Source: Podarcis gaigeae | Lineage: Eukaryota | Assembly: GCA_964106915.2 (NCBI GenBank) | Contig: OZ066926.1 | Direction: 5' to 3' (one strand) | DNA length: 64,000 bases | Shown here: positions 38,838 to 49,052 of the stretch, piece by piece | Numbering within the stretch: position 1 is the stretch's first letter | Layout of the letters: each line of letters starts with the position of its first letter | The notes under the pieces: model-generated | Told to the model about the DNA's origin: nothing | Seen by the model: the letters and a program-made list of their open reading frames with translations, nothing else | Databases searched by the model: none | Made by a program: the position numbers and the translations under genes

Positions 38838-39361
38838 TCCACGGGGGGAAACCAACTCAGCCCCACACTGCGGTTGTGGAGCAAACGTAAAGGCGCGCTT
38901 TGGCGGGTGAGGAGGGGGCGGCCACGGACTCCTCGTTTACTGCAGGGAAAGGGAGGCACGAGCGGTTATGGGAGATGGAGAGGAGACGCAAAGAGACACG
39001 CTCGAGTCTAGGGGAGAAATTGTTTGCAAACCAAAGCGATGGGCAGGTGGGTGGTGTGGAGATGCTCACATCTTCCGAGAGGGAAGAGAGAGAGAGACAC
39101 GCACAACACAGCAGACAACACAAAACCAAACAGCGTCCCCAACCCGCTCGATCCCGGGCGGGAGGCAGCTCTAACCCAGGAGGATCAGGTTTGCGCTTTT
39201 TAAAGAGAAGAGCAGAGAAGCGGCAAAAGAGAAAGTCTGCGCCACGGAGGGGAAGCCTTGGGTACCTTCGTCTCGTGGAGGCTGGGAGCGGTGCCCGGAG
39301 TCTGCTGCGGATCGCTGTTGTGCTGCTGCGGGTCATTTTCCTTCTCCGTGATCTCGGTCAT
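1445..39361 (-). CDS. STAC2: SH3 and cysteine-rich domain-containing protein 2, whole spliced CDS span (11 exons, 405 aa)
   Basis: Exons of 96+292+98+91+113+73+62+98+52+138+105 = 1218 nt, all GT-AG with compatible phases. Translation follows vertebrate STAC2 from MTE..EKEN to ..[11 protein letters not shown]. Confidence 0.97.
1826..2790 (+). mobile_element. CR1 LINE 3' fragment (degenerate RT C-terminus plus 3' tail)
   Basis: KKAN.ILG...[28 protein letters not shown]; ends in CACTCTATGATTCT. Confidence 0.9.
3578..3800 (+). mobile_element. hAT MITE family D, 5'-truncated
   Basis: Same body and right end. Confidence 0.82.
4169..4419. mobile_element. Mariner/Tigger-like MITE family B
   Basis: TIR CAGTC(G/T)TAC(T/C)TTGGA, TA TSD, central palindrome TTTCTGATTGG...CCAATCAGAAA. 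Confidence 0.8.
4440..4588 (-). mobile_element. CR1 LINE fragment
   Basis: Reverse-complement similarity to about 2100-2235 (GGATCT.GGGGTCTTAGT..ACCACAAGCTTAAC). Confidence 0.7.
4934..5111. mobile_element. Mariner-like MITE family C
   Basis: About 23-bp TIR C(C/T)GTATTTACTCGA.T.TAATGC with internal CCATCGAATCTAATG repeats. Confidence 0.8.
6039..6176 (-). CDS. STAC2: STAC2 exon 10 ([46 protein letters not shown])
   Basis: [10 protein letters not shown]3 motif; canonical splice sites. Confidence 0.97.
6230..6680 (+). mobile_element. L2-like LINE 3' fragment (similar pieces about 18250-18470 minus, 30830-31065, 43610-43767 plus 44409-44500, 48140-48400)
   Basis: GGGCCTTCTC.GTGG.GG..CCC..G.TG(T)GGAA..CCCTCC 3' motif. 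Confidence 0.6.
7214..7350. mobile_element. Palindromic hAT MITE (relatives about 9821-9946, 44703-44839, 50637-50770)
   Basis: TIR CA.GCATAGGCAAACTC, GGACTACAA.TCCCAT core, degenerate 8-bp TSD. Confidence 0.8.
8285..8336 (-). CDS. STAC2: STAC2 exon 9 ([18 protein letters not shown])
   Basis: SH3 WW motif; canonical splice sites. Confidence 0.96.
8643..8868. mobile_element. Tc1/mariner (pogo/Tigger-like) MITE, family A
   Basis: TIR CAGTGGTACC, flanked by TA. Confidence 0.88.
10181..10278 (-). CDS. STAC2: STAC2 exon 8 ([32 protein letters not shown]), start of SH3-1
   Basis: ALYKF SH3 motif; acceptor CCTACAG, donor AA/GTAAGT. Confidence 0.96.
10969..11030 (-). CDS. STAC2: STAC2 exon 7 ([21 protein letters not shown])
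   Basis: Acceptor TTTCAG, donor CAG/GTGAA. Confidence 0.94.
11265..11512 (+). mobile_element. hAT (Charlie-like) MITE family D
   Basis: Ends CAGGGG..GCAAACT / AGTTTGCCTACCCATG; 8-bp TSD GCCTAG(G/A)C. Confidence 0.88.
12135..12305 (+). pseudogene. Decayed cadherin-like repeat (C-terminal half)
   Basis: GQLFRL...[12 protein letters not shown]...[12 protein letters not shown]. Confidence 0.5.
12321..12393 (-). CDS. STAC2: STAC2 exon 6 ([24 protein letters not shown])
   Basis: Acceptor CTCTCTCTTAG, donor G/GTGAGT; acidic linker. Confidence 0.92.
13304..13416 (-). CDS. STAC2: STAC2 exon 5 ([38 protein letters not shown])
   Basis: CAGCAG acceptor, donor CTG/GTATG. Confidence 0.96.
14135..14225 (-). 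CDS. STAC2: STAC2 exon 4 ([30 protein letters not shown])
   Basis: CAGCAG acceptor, donor G/GTAGG. Confidence 0.95.
14642..14776 (+). mobile_element. tRNA-headed SINE with CR1-type 3' tail
   Basis: GATAGCTCAGTTGG..GGTTTGATCCC head followed by ATTCCTGCATTGCAGGGGGTTG...CCCTTCTAACTCTACAATT. Confidence 0.7.
14996..15093 (-). CDS. STAC2: STAC2 exon 3 ([33 protein letters not shown]), rest of C1 domain
   Basis: Acceptor CACAG/GA, donor ACG/GTAAG; C1 Cys/His ligands intact. Confidence 0.97.
15908..16080 (+). mobile_element. tRNA-derived Squam3-like SINE (related copies about 19731-19890 and 32370-32532)
   Basis: TAGCTCAGTGG A-box, TGCATGCAGAAG, GAAACCCTGGAGAGCTGCTG, CCAATGGTCTG tail. Confidence 0.7.
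16208..16560 (+). pseudogene. Decayed cadherin-like ectodomain repeat
   Basis: One frame with stops: [48 protein letters not shown]. Confidence 0.5.
16937..16974. repeat. (GT)n microsatellite; others at about 782-802, 10353-10377, 35920-35963, 36659-36685, 38176-38201, 38608-38633
   Basis: Seen directly. Confidence 0.95.
17051..17342 (-). CDS. STAC2: STAC2 exon 2 ([23 protein letters not shown]...[22 protein letters not shown]), start of C1 domain
   Basis: Acceptor TTTAG/CTG, donor G/GTACG. Confidence 0.97.
17712..18062 (+). mobile_element. Sauria SINE (Squam1), near full length
   Basis: tRNA-like head, GTGCAAGTAGATAAATAGGTACC core, (ACCTTT) tail, 12-bp TSD TCTCATCTTGCA. Confidence 0.9.
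20083..20130. repeat. (ATT)n microsatellite; also (ACT)n(ATT)n at about 62228-62292
   Basis: Seen directly. Confidence 0.95.
23418..23541. mobile_element. Small hAT (Blackjack-like) MITE
   Basis: 13-bp TIR TAAGGTTACCAGA with GTCCCC subterminal repeats. Confidence 0.72.
26686..26858 (+). mobile_element. CR1 LINE fragment
   Basis: GCCATCTT..AATATCTCA.GGGCTGT.ACAT.GAAGATGGAGCAA matches the CR1 at 2480-2640. Confidence 0.7.
27801..28032. mobile_element. Mariner MITE family A
   Basis: TIR CAGTGGTACCTCGGGTTA, TA TSD. Confidence 0.88.
28284..28603 (+). mobile_element. hAT MITE family D, internally duplicated variant
   Basis: Perfect 8-bp TSD GGCTAAGC. Confidence 0.9.
28635..29076. mobile_element. 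Mariner MITE family A with a second copy nested at 28692-28907 in opposite orientation
   Basis: Outer copy is split at CAGAAA-TA-GTACCTC with TA duplicated. Confidence 0.88.
29255..29800 (+). pseudogene. About two decayed cadherin-like repeats
   Basis: [35 protein letters not shown]; [17 protein letters not shown]. Confidence 0.45.
29880..30338. mobile_element. Two mariner MITEs (29880-30110 family A; 30113-30338 variant) sharing one TA
   Basis: Junction GGTACCACTG-TA-CAGTGGTACC. Confidence 0.85.
31741..32069 (-). mobile_element. Sauria SINE
   Basis: Same core; 14-bp TSD ACACTTGCTCTTAA. Confidence 0.9.
33631..33887 (-). mobile_element. hAT MITE family D
   Basis: Reverse-complement copy of 11265-11512. 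Confidence 0.85.
34176..34520 (+). pseudogene. Decayed cadherin-like repeat
   Basis: LECTVFDG / [43 protein letters not shown]. Confidence 0.45.
37041..37255. mobile_element. Mariner MITE family A
   Basis: TIR present; right end slightly decayed. Confidence 0.85.
38266..38584 (+). pseudogene. Decayed full-length (about 105 codon) cadherin-like repeat
   Basis: [43 protein letters not shown]. Confidence 0.45.
38788..38835. repeat. (GA)n microsatellite in the 5' part of STAC2 intron 1
   Basis: Seen directly. Confidence 0.95.
39266..39361 (-). CDS. STAC2: STAC2 coding exon 1 ([32 protein letters not shown])
   Basis: ATG at 39361 in ACCATG context; donor AAG/GTACC; phase 0. Confidence 0.93.
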
Positions 39362-40709
39362 GGTACAGAGGCGGCTGCTCCGGCCGTTGGGCGACCGGAC
39401 CTGGGTCCGGAGGAGGAGGAGGAATGGACGAGGAGCAGATGCAACTTCGGGTTGTCTCCTCCTGCTCTCCACGAAGCGACCTTTTTCTTTCCTGTGCCTG
39501 GCTGGGAAGTCTTAATTCTTGGTTCTCTGAATTAAATTTTGTTTTTAACCCCGGTTAGAATTATTTGGGGTTCTCCCCACCCACCCCGCTTCCTTCTATA
39601 AGGACGAAAGAAATGACCCAGTTATTAAAGAGGAAAGAAAAAAAACACCTCCCGCTAAACTCTTCTGAATGGGGAGCGGAGGGTCTGTTTTGCCATTGGA
39701 GACCTCCCCTTTTATGCAGATTAAAACAAGCGAATTCGCATCTTCTTCTGCCACCCACCTCCCGGGCTCTGCAACAGAAACTGGGCGAAGGCTACCAAAT
39801 GCTGGTCTCGCTCCTGCTGCCGCTTCCTCCAAGTTTGATTTCAGGAGCGCCTTGGCTCCTCCCCCTTTCTTGTATTATTGTGATCGCGCAACGCCCGCCC
39901 ACCCACCCCTCCTTTTTACGAGTGGTTCATTAACCTCGCCTTTTTCTTTTGATATGCTAATACAGCACGTAGGAGGGCGCTTTCCCATTGGCTCCTCCGG
40001 CGGGAGGGCAGGCGAGAGAGGCTGGGCGCCTCCACCAATGGGTGGGTCCTCGCCGAAAAGTTACGCGCGTATTTGCAAGAAGCTGCCTTGGGTGTTTGCA
40101 GGGCAACACCAATCAGATTTCCTCAATTTCACGCACTATGTTTCAGCGCTGGTGCCTGGAAGCTAAACAAAGGATGGGAGCGCCTTCTTTCTCAGCTGTC
40201 CAGACATGGACTTTGCCAAGTGGAATATCAGAAGAGTCCTGCTGGATCACGCCACGAGTCCAAGTAATCCTGTTCGCCTTGGTAGCCAACGGAAGCCTTT
40301 GTTTATCTCCAGCATTTGCCTGGTATACTACCTCTTATTGACCTTCCTTTGCTATCATACCTGCTGCACTCTGCTGCCAAAATTATTCACCTCTCTTGCC
40401 TCTGACTCTGATGCTTCACCCTTTCACGGGTTTCCTGACCACTCCGAGATCAAGCATGAGCTCCTTGTCCCTCTCTCCAGGGGCCTCTCTCAGAGGCATT
40501 CTTGTTTGTGACCTAGCTGCCTCCAACTCTCTGTTCGAAGGTCTCTTACTCCCTCAAAAGGGCTCACCCTCTCTTCCCTTGCTGCCCTGTGCGCTTGGAA
40601 GTGCCTGCCAGGAAACCTGTTTGATGCCACCTCTTTTGCTTCCTTCAAATCCCTCCTCAAAAGCCACGTTTCCCAGGAAGCCTTTGGCACAACCTCCCCA
40701 ATTTCCCTA

Positions 40710-41060
40710 TGCAGGTGGCACTGTGGCTAAACCACAGAGCCTAGGACTTGCCGATCAGAAGGTCGGTGGTTCGAATCCCCGTGACTGGGTGGGCTCCCAT
40801 TGCTTGGTCCCTGCTCCTGCCAACCTAGCAGTTCAAAAGCACGTCAAAGTGCAAGTAGATAGATAGGTACCACTCCGGCGGGAAGGTAAACGGTTTTGCC
40901 GTGCACTGCTCTGGTTTGCCAGAAGCGGCTTAGTCATGCTGGCCACATGACCCAGAAGCTGTGTGCCGGCTCCCTTGGCCAATAAAGTGAGATGAGCGCC
41001 GCAACCCCAGAGTCGGCCACGACTCAACCTAATGGTCAGGGGTCCCTTTACCTGTACTTA
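40710..41060 (+). mobile_element. Sauria SINE
   Basis: Same core; 14-bp TSD CCCCAATTTCCCTA. Confidence 0.9.
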
Positions 41061-41721
41061 CCCCAATTTCCCTACCATGTGCTGTAACTCAGCCTGCAAG
41101 GATACGTTTGGAAGACCTGTGTGTTGAGCATTCATTCCGATTTGTTTGCAGGGAAGCCTAGATGATGTGATCTCAAACAAGTGCCACCTTGCACTTTCCA
41201 GTGCGTTGCCCAGTTACACTCCTTTCTGCAAAAGGTCTGGTCTTTTGGGAAAGTGGGTTTGTTGCACAAGACCTCCCAGTCAGCTACAACTTCACAACCT
41301 GCACATTTCAGGAATGCTTTCTGTAGATTTCAGAATGCTGCTTTCTCCTTTAGAGTTGACCTAAGCCTAAGCATGTGCAACTAAGACAAATGCACACTGC
41401 ATCTGTTGTCCCCTGCTTCCCTGCTTGTAAGCTCCTTCAGGCAGGGGCCTGTCCTTTTGTACTCTACAAAACACCATTCCCCCCCCATGGGTCCATACAA
41501 GCAAAGAAAGGAGGAAATGATCTGCACCCCACTTTTCCCTTTCATACAGCAATGCCCAAGGCAGCATACAATCAAATGTAGTAAGAAGCACAAGTTACAT
41601 AGCGCAGGTATTATAATCACTATACCTTTACACACATTCTAGAAAAAAACACATTCTTTCCCTCAAAGAATTCTGGGCCCTGTAGTTTACCCCTCACAGA
41701 GTTATAATTCCCAGCAACCAT

Positions 41722-41940
41722 TGAATCACAGCATTGTAGAGTTGGAAGGGACCCCTGAGGGTCATTTAGTCCAACCCCCTGCAATGCCGGAATCTCAACT
41801 AGATTATTCATGACGGATGGCCACCCAGCCTCTGCTTAAAAACCACCTCTCGTGGGAGTCTGTTCCACTGTCAAACAGCCCTTACTGACAAAGTTCTTCC
41901 TAATGTTTAGTTGGAATCTCCTCCCTTATAACTTGGACCA
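41722..41940 (-). mobile_element. CR1 3' end inserted in a palindromic MITE (about 41620-42032)
   Basis: Reverse complement ends ...GCAGGGGGTTGGACTAAATGACCCTCAGGGGTCCCTTCCAACTCTACAATGCTGTGATTC. Confidence 0.75.
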
Positions 41941-42185
41941 CGTCCTTATACCCTTACAGTGCCCAGAATTCTTTGAGGGGTGGTGGGATTGTGCTTCATA
42001 TGTGCTTTAAAGGTATAGTGTGTACATAGCCTAAGACAGCAGCAAATGTCACAGTCTGGAAGATCATATCCAAGAAGAAGCTCTGCTAAAACCATAGGCT
42101 CCTTTGATGGTGAGGAAAGACTGTCTGGGAGGATATCAAGTAGGTATTCAGGGGAAAGGCAGTAGATTATCCATCAATGGCTTCT

Positions 42186-42233
42186 AGGCAGTCTCCCATC
42201 CAGGTCCTGTCCAGGGCGATACCTGCTTAGCTT
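42186..42233 (-). pseudogene. 5S rRNA-derived fragment (5S pseudogene or 5S-SINE head)
   Basis: AGGCAGTCTCCCATCCAGGTCCTGTCCAGGGCGATACCTGCTTAGCTT resembles the reverse complement of the 5S internal control region. Confidence 0.65.
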
Positions 42234-42922
42234 TAGCAATGCAACAACACACTTCCAGGCCGTTCTCTAGGTCCTGTAGCAGACAAATGGAGTAGCTGGG
42301 AAAGCCAGCAATAGGAAAGTTTCTGGAGCCTACTCAAGACAAGTGTTCCAGAGCAAGGGAGAGGATGCAGAAGAGAGCCCTAAGTCTTTGAGATGCTGCA
42401 AGGAGAATAACAGGGATGCTATGACATTGCTTAACCTCTGCCCTTGGGTCTCTCTCTCATTACTGTTGGCTGTGAGGCATGTCCCCCCCCCTTCAGCCTC
42501 CTCAATGACTAGTGAGAATAAATGCTTCCTTGGGGAAGATGCAGGGATGAAGGTCAGAGAGAGGGGGGGAGTAAGGGGGGGGCTGATGCCTGGAATAACA
42601 TATGTCTGGCAGAATTAATGCACAAGGTCTGTGGTAGCTGTATGAGTAAAATGTGGTGGGTAGCACATAAAAAGGTGGGGTGAAGTCATCAGGCGGATGG
42701 GATGAACAGCCAAAAGGTTTTTCCCCCTCTTTTTTTAATTGTGGGGGAAGAAAGCCATAAATTATCTTCACTCTTTTTTCTTCTTTTTTAAGGAAGATGA
42801 GTGTGTGGGAAGGAAATGAGCTATTGTCTTCACCAGTGTCCTTGCAATGAGCACCACCATCACCAAAGCACCCTGAACCCCCCCTCCATTTTTCCCACCC
42901 CCACCTAGCACTCTCTCTCCTG

Positions 42923-42963
<41 letters not shown>

Positions 42964-43767
42964 GGGTAAATTACAGCAGCTGTTCAAAGAGAAAATTATC
43001 CCCAGCCCTATCTACAAGGAGAAGAGAAATCCCAAGTGCTGAGATCATTGTTTGCTAAAAGGAGCCAATTTCTTGATCAGATAAGAGGGGGTTGTTTTGA
43101 AAAACTAGGATGCGGAAGGGAAGATTAAAAAAACAACAACATGCCAATCTGGAAAAGCGGATCAGAAGGCGGCAGCGATAGCAAAAGCAAAAGCAAACCT
43201 TTGCTTTTGTCACATCAAGCAACTTGTGGCGCGATGGAAGGCTAGATTTGCTTTCAAGCTGAATTGTTGGAGAGGGGTGCTCAACTTGTTCAATGCCTGT
43301 TCAAGCACACAATGAAAGGTTCCCTGTTTCTTCTTTCAGAGTGACAAGGTGGGTGTGAGTCACAGACTTAGCCCTTTATACAATGGGTGCTCTAAGGAAC
43401 CATTAGTTTGCTCTTTGCAGAAGACCTTGTTTGAATGCAAGTACCACCAGAGTTACTTGCAAGAGGGGGGAGGAATGGAACATAGGAACCCTAAGATCAC
43501 ATCACCTGGTAACAAAAGGAAAATATCCAGAGCTGTGTGAAACAACCAGATTTTGCTGAAACGGGCTGTTTGAATAGACTGCGTTTGTAGGCTGTTGTGC
43601 ATTAATATGGGAATACACTGAGGGCCTTCTGGCGGTTCCCTCACTGTGAGAAGTGAAGTTACAGGGAATCAGGCAGAGGGCCTTCTCGGTGGCGGCACCC
43701 TGTTCTGTGGAACACCCTCTCGTCCAATGTCAAGGAGATAAATAACCACAACTTTTAGAAGACATCT

Positions 43768-44408
43768 TGTGAATCCATAGCCCTACCTGGCAGCAGATCA
43801 GTATGTCAAGTCCAATCTGCGGGTCAAGCCACACAAGCAAAATCCAAAGGTCAGGAAACACAGGAAACAGGGGCAATCCAGGTAGCCAAGTCTGAAGTCC
43901 AGCAGTCAGAATCCAATCCAAAAGAGATCCAGGAACATCCAAGCTGAGGTCCCTCAACATGCACAGCTGAGCAGACCCAGCCCTTCAGCCCTGCTTGCCT
44001 TTTGTACTTTGCATGCTGATTGCAGCACCTGGGCTTGACGAGGCAGGTGACCCTCACCTGTTCTAAGCCTGCTCCAGCTAAGGAATCACGCCTCTCCTCC
44101 AGAGCTAGCAAGCCCCAGGTAGCCTGCTAGGAAGCTGGGCTGTGGGCCTTTGTCTGCCTCAGCCTTCTAGAGGGCCACTCCTGCTGCTCCTCGCAGCCCA
44201 TATTCATGGGGACAGGGCCCCCTCTGGCTCTGGTGATGGGTGTTGCTGTTCTGGTTCCTGGGCATTGACCTCCTTCCCCTCGCCATCCTCCGTCACCCTG
44301 TGAGTACCTCTTTCCCCCTCCCCTGCATGGCCAGGTGTGTCCCAGTCCCAGCTACACCCTTCGCTGTGATCCTCTTCCTTCTCCCCATTGTTCTGTCAGT
44401 TCACGACA
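43768..44408. mobile_element. Solo LTR (641 bp) inserted in an L2-like LINE tail
   Basis: TGT...ACA termini; perfect 5-bp TSD CATCT; host rejoins as TTTTAGAAGACATCTGAAGGCAGC. Confidence 0.85.
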
Positions 44409-46329
44409 CATCTGAAGGCAGCTTGTACAGGAAAGTTTTTAATGTTTATGTTTTTATAACTCTTGGAAGCTGCCCAGACTGGGAAACCCAGTCAGATAAG
44501 CAGGGTGCCAGTACTAATATGTACAGCCCTATACCTGGGGAGCTCACAGAATAATAAATAATTACTACTACTTGTACAAAGAGGTACCCTCTGTGTATTT
44601 GCTCCCTCACATGGCATAGGACCCTTGGGGGCTGGAAGGTACCTGCCAAATGCTGAACTTAGCTTTCGTGGGCCAGGCCCCACTTTTCCAAAGGCATTAA
44701 ATCCAGGTTTCCTAAACTTGAGTCTCCAGCTGGTTGCTGGACTACAACTCCCACCACCCCTAGCTAGCAGGACCAGTGGTCAGGGACGATAGGAATTGTA
44801 GTCCAAAAACAGCTAGAGACCCAAGTTTGGGAAGCCCTGCATGAAATGGTACTCAGCTGGGTAGGAACAGGTGTCCAGAGCAATACTGGATGTCCAGGTG
44901 AGTTGCTGCAAGTGTGGTGCAAACACACAGCAGCCAAGCCAGTCTGGTGTTCCTGCTGGTATGCTTGCACTGCACCACTTTCCCTGCTACCTCAGTCCTC
45001 CTCCTCCCAGTAAGTATTAGAGACTCACCTGCTGGGGAGGTCAGATTGGTGTGTGTGTGTATGTGTCCCATCTCTTTTGCGGTAGGGGGAGCTACCCATT
45101 TAGCACCTATTCTCTTATGCAGTTGTATTATATTGTTTGGGACTGAAATGTGTTTTCAGGCTGAAACAAATTTTCTCCTCGGAATGCTGCCTGTTGTTCT
45201 CCTTGGGTAATCTGAGATTTACTTGACATTATTTGCTAGATATTTTAGATTGATATTTGATATCACCCATTACCCCACCCCAAATCATGTGCAATATGAG
45301 GCCAGGGAATGCTGATCTGCCTTACAGGGCTTTTAAGGATTACTGAGACAATGTATGTAAAGCATCTTACATGTGATAAAAGTGCTTAGTGTTATACCAG
45401 GCGCTCTGCTCTTATGAAAGGCTCTCCCCAGGGAAGCTTGCCTGACTCTGGCACTAGACAAAAATGTTCTATTTTCCTGGGCACTTGGACAGTATGAATG
45501 GCCGGCCTTGAAGTAGCTGTTCATTCTTCTGTGGAGTGGGCTAGATATTCCATGTTTCAGGTGATTTTGGATAAGCAGTTGTATTGTTTTTATGGACATT
45601 TCTGTGCAATTTTGAGTTTGCGAATCACTTTGGGACTCATTTCACTTCTGCATAGCTATAAATGAAAGTAATGAGCTGAACGGAGCTATACTTCATTTGA
45701 TAGTTATCAGCTAATAGAGACAACGGGAGGGGAAGTGTAGCTAACACAGACCAATGGTCTTGCTTAGTATAAGGAAGTTTCCTCTGTTCCTGTTTAATTC
45801 TTCCTCTGCGCCAGTGTTTCTCAAACTATCTGATGTGGTGGACTGCCAGTGTCCTGGGGACTGGAACTATATCTGGTCTCTGAATAAGCTCACCCGACCC
45901 TGGGCTAAGGAGGGATTGCTACAGATTGATAGCCAGTGGCTTGTGGACCGCAGCAGTCCACGGGCCACCACTTTGAGTAGCACTTCTCTATATTATGGGT
46001 TCAGAGTGGCTGGCAGCAGTCCCCTCCGCCGTCAAAAGCTCAGTCCCTGGCGTGTCTCTGGAATGCATTAGGTATCGCTGATCTGCCATGCCAGCAAGTT
46101 AATATAAGTATTGCAGTCATTTAAAAGGTCAGTGTTAGAACTCATTTGTCTGTGGAGCGAGATTCCTTTGCATGACCTCGTTTGGATAAATAAATCTATT
46201 TTATCACAGTGATAACATAATAGCAGCCTGGAACAAATACTGTACAGGAAGAAGCGGCCCCCTCAATGTCTCCCACTGCAGCTGTGATTAATGATGAGCC
46301 TTTTCGGTTTGCATCGTCACCTTGGTCAT

Positions 46330-46715
46330 TGTGAAATCAAGGAAATGCATAGTCTGCGTTGAAAGGTTGATCGTGTTCATCAACAATGTGATATTATCTT
46401 ATGACCCAATTACTGAACTGTTCTTGCTTGGCAGATTCCTTTTCTATTATTATCTGCAATTACGATCTTTTCTGCCTTCTCAGAAACAGAAATACAATAG
46501 ATTATGCTCTACAACACAGTTTGAGAAACTGGTGCACACAGATAATAAAAAAAGAGATACCATCTAAAGTGCAGACGATTATAGTTGAAATAGATACACA
46601 ATGTAACATGACATATATAACTAAAAATGTGGGGGAGATTTACAAAGGAATACCTCAGATGAAGTCAGGATTATTTTCAGAACGATAACTAAACCTTAAA
46701 GTTACAACATAGTCA
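46330..46715 (+). mobile_element. Degenerate L1/Tx1-like ORF2 C-terminal fragment
   Basis: AT-rich; translation ...ILSYD.ITELFLL.RFLFYYYLQLRSFL resembles the F..YLQLR.F motif. Confidence 0.5.
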
Positions 46716-48442
46716 CACAGAGCTATTTTAAGTCCCCAAAAGATATCTGAAATTTACAATACTGGAAATGATGATCATGTGCGTTGTTAAATCGCAAAAT
46801 CTGATTTTTAACAATATAAGCACCATTAATTCAATGTATGAGCTGCTTTCCTACATAAGTCTCAAAGTGGTATTGAACAGCAATAACGAAAGTCTCAAGC
46901 TGACTTGTAAAATTAAAAATCCAATACAGAGTACAAAGTTTAAGAATCTATTTTTTTATTTAAAAAAAACCCCAACCTTATAAAAGCATAACAAATCCCT
47001 GCTTTGCCAAACCAACATAAGCTTGGCAACAAAACAAATAGCCCCCCAAACAATGTTAAATTCTGGAAAGGCCAGAGATAAGAGAGGAAAAAACATTGTC
47101 CTTGCTGGCTGTAGACAGTGTGGGTGGGGGTAGTGGAAAGGTTCATTTCCTCCATGGTGATTCTCCATGAAGTGCTGTTGGAGGGGGCATACGGAGAAGG
47201 ACCTCTCAAGACAACCACCTCTGGGGAAAGGAATTCTGCAAGGCATTGGGGTCCTGAATCGTATAATAAGGCTTTAAAGCAGTGGCACCGTATAAGGGTG
47301 GGTGGATTATGCTCTTAAGGGTGCTGAGAAACTAACCAACGGCTCATCCACACTTCTGCTTGTGTCGTGCTTGGAAAGCACAAGTCAGAGCAGTTTTTCC
47401 TTTGCCCCGCTCCTTTCCGAGGGGAAACCTGCTCTCTGCTGATAGATCAGAACAAATGGCAATCCACAGGAAACACCGAATCGCCGTTTGCTCCAATTGA
47501 GCTCCAGAGAGCGGTCCCCCCTCCAATGGAAAGGAACGGGAGAAGAGGAAGTGCGGTTAAGCCCTAAAAGCCAGTGAAAGTCTTCCAGCCAGTGCTGTCC
47601 CAAGGTATTTTGCTACCTGAGACTGAGCTGCAAAACACTTCCCCATGCAGTTATCCATTCCTGCCTTCATCCAACCCAGGAATGGGGACCCTGTGACACC
47701 CCAAATGTTGTTGCACCCAAATTCTCATCAGCCCCAGCCAGCAGTGGGATAATGGGAATCCACAGCCCGCCCCTGGTCCCAATTCCTGACCTAACTTCAG
47801 TTCCCTCATCTGAAGCAGCTGGCTTCCTCTTACTGCATGGTAGTGCAGGCCCTGATTCCTTTCTGACTTGACATACAGACAGACACATTAAGCAGAAACC
47901 TGCCCATTTGTTTTCAGACCCCTGGAGATGAAATCTCCTTTCTCAAAGCCATGCAACCAGGAAAAAAGTTTTTTTAAAAAAGCATTTATTTATTTCCTTA
48001 TCAAACAAAATACTGCCACCTTCCAACAAAGGGTGTGTTTGAATATACTGTACGTTCAAAAGCCAGGAAAAATAAATTGGGACTGAAGAGGAAGAAAGCA
48101 ACTCCATGATGGGTTGTCTCTCTTGGGGGGCTCCAAGAGGCTTAGGGTGGCGGTGGCTCGGGAGAAGGTGTTCTCTGTGGCAGCTCCTAAGCTGTGGGAC
48201 TCACTCCCCAAAGAAGTGTGCCTGGTGCCTTCATTATACAGCTTTTGGCGAATATTAAAGGTGCATCTCTGTCCCTTGACTTTTGACACTTGAGATGTGT
48301 ATTTTTAGGACCCACGTTATTTCTGTGACTGTAAGCAGTTTTAAACTTTTTTTTAATATTATGTTTTAGTTGGTGTGGGACCTTAAGGTGAAGTGTAGGT
48401 AATTAGCAAGAGAAATAACAGGCACCTTCAGAATGTGTCCGC

Positions 48443-49052
48443 GTCATGGGTGAGTTGGATGTAGAGGAGTGGTGGCAGGTACCAGCTGGGTGGAAATGCC
48501 CAAGGGGAACCCCCAGGGGAATAAGGACCAGAGCCAAGGGAGTGGTGATGGGACAATGATGCATGGTCAGAGGGACAAAAAGGGAGCAGGCTGGGTGGAG
48601 GTGTTGGAAGCTGAAGGGGTAACAGGCTTCAGTGAGCAGGGAGAAGTGGCAGAGAGCAGTCTAGAATCAGAGGCAGAAGCAGAGGTTGGAGAGGAGAAGG
48701 GCCAAGAGGCAGAGATGAAGCAAGCTGCTGAAGAAGCTGGGGGGGTCTCCCTCTCCTGCTGCGACCCCCTCCCTACTGGTTTCCCAGGACCAGAAGAAGT
48801 ATGAAGAGGGTGGAGCAAAGGCAGACGAGGTGAAGAATTCTCAGATTGCAAGGGAAGGACCTCAGGGAGGAGGAGACCTAGGGAACTGTGGGAAGGCTGC
48901 GACCTTCAGTCCTTCCAACTGCTTCATTGGGGTAATACCCGCAGGGAAGAGTTGCTGTGCTGAAGAGGCCTGAGCCGAGTTGTTTCTTTGAATAAAGAGT
49001 TAACTGCACTGGTGCCTTGTGAGTTATTGTTGACGTGCGCCCGTCTCTTGAC
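48443..49052 (+). mobile_element. Probable degraded solo LTR (Gypsy-like)
   Basis: GTCATGG start, purine-rich body, AATAAA at 48991, TTGAC end; no clean TSD. Confidence 0.45.

Larger units (their letters stand above)
38630..40100 (-). promoter_or_regulatory. CpG-rich promoter / exon-1 island of STAC2
   Basis: Visibly elevated CpG around exon 1; GC box CGCCCGCCC near 39892; CCAAT boxes near 39987 (minus) and 40035 (plus). Confidence 0.7.

Noticed and set aside
38900-39535. 211-aa + strand ORF over STAC2 exon 1
   Set aside because: GC- and purine-rich antisense frame in the CpG island; no recognisable domain.
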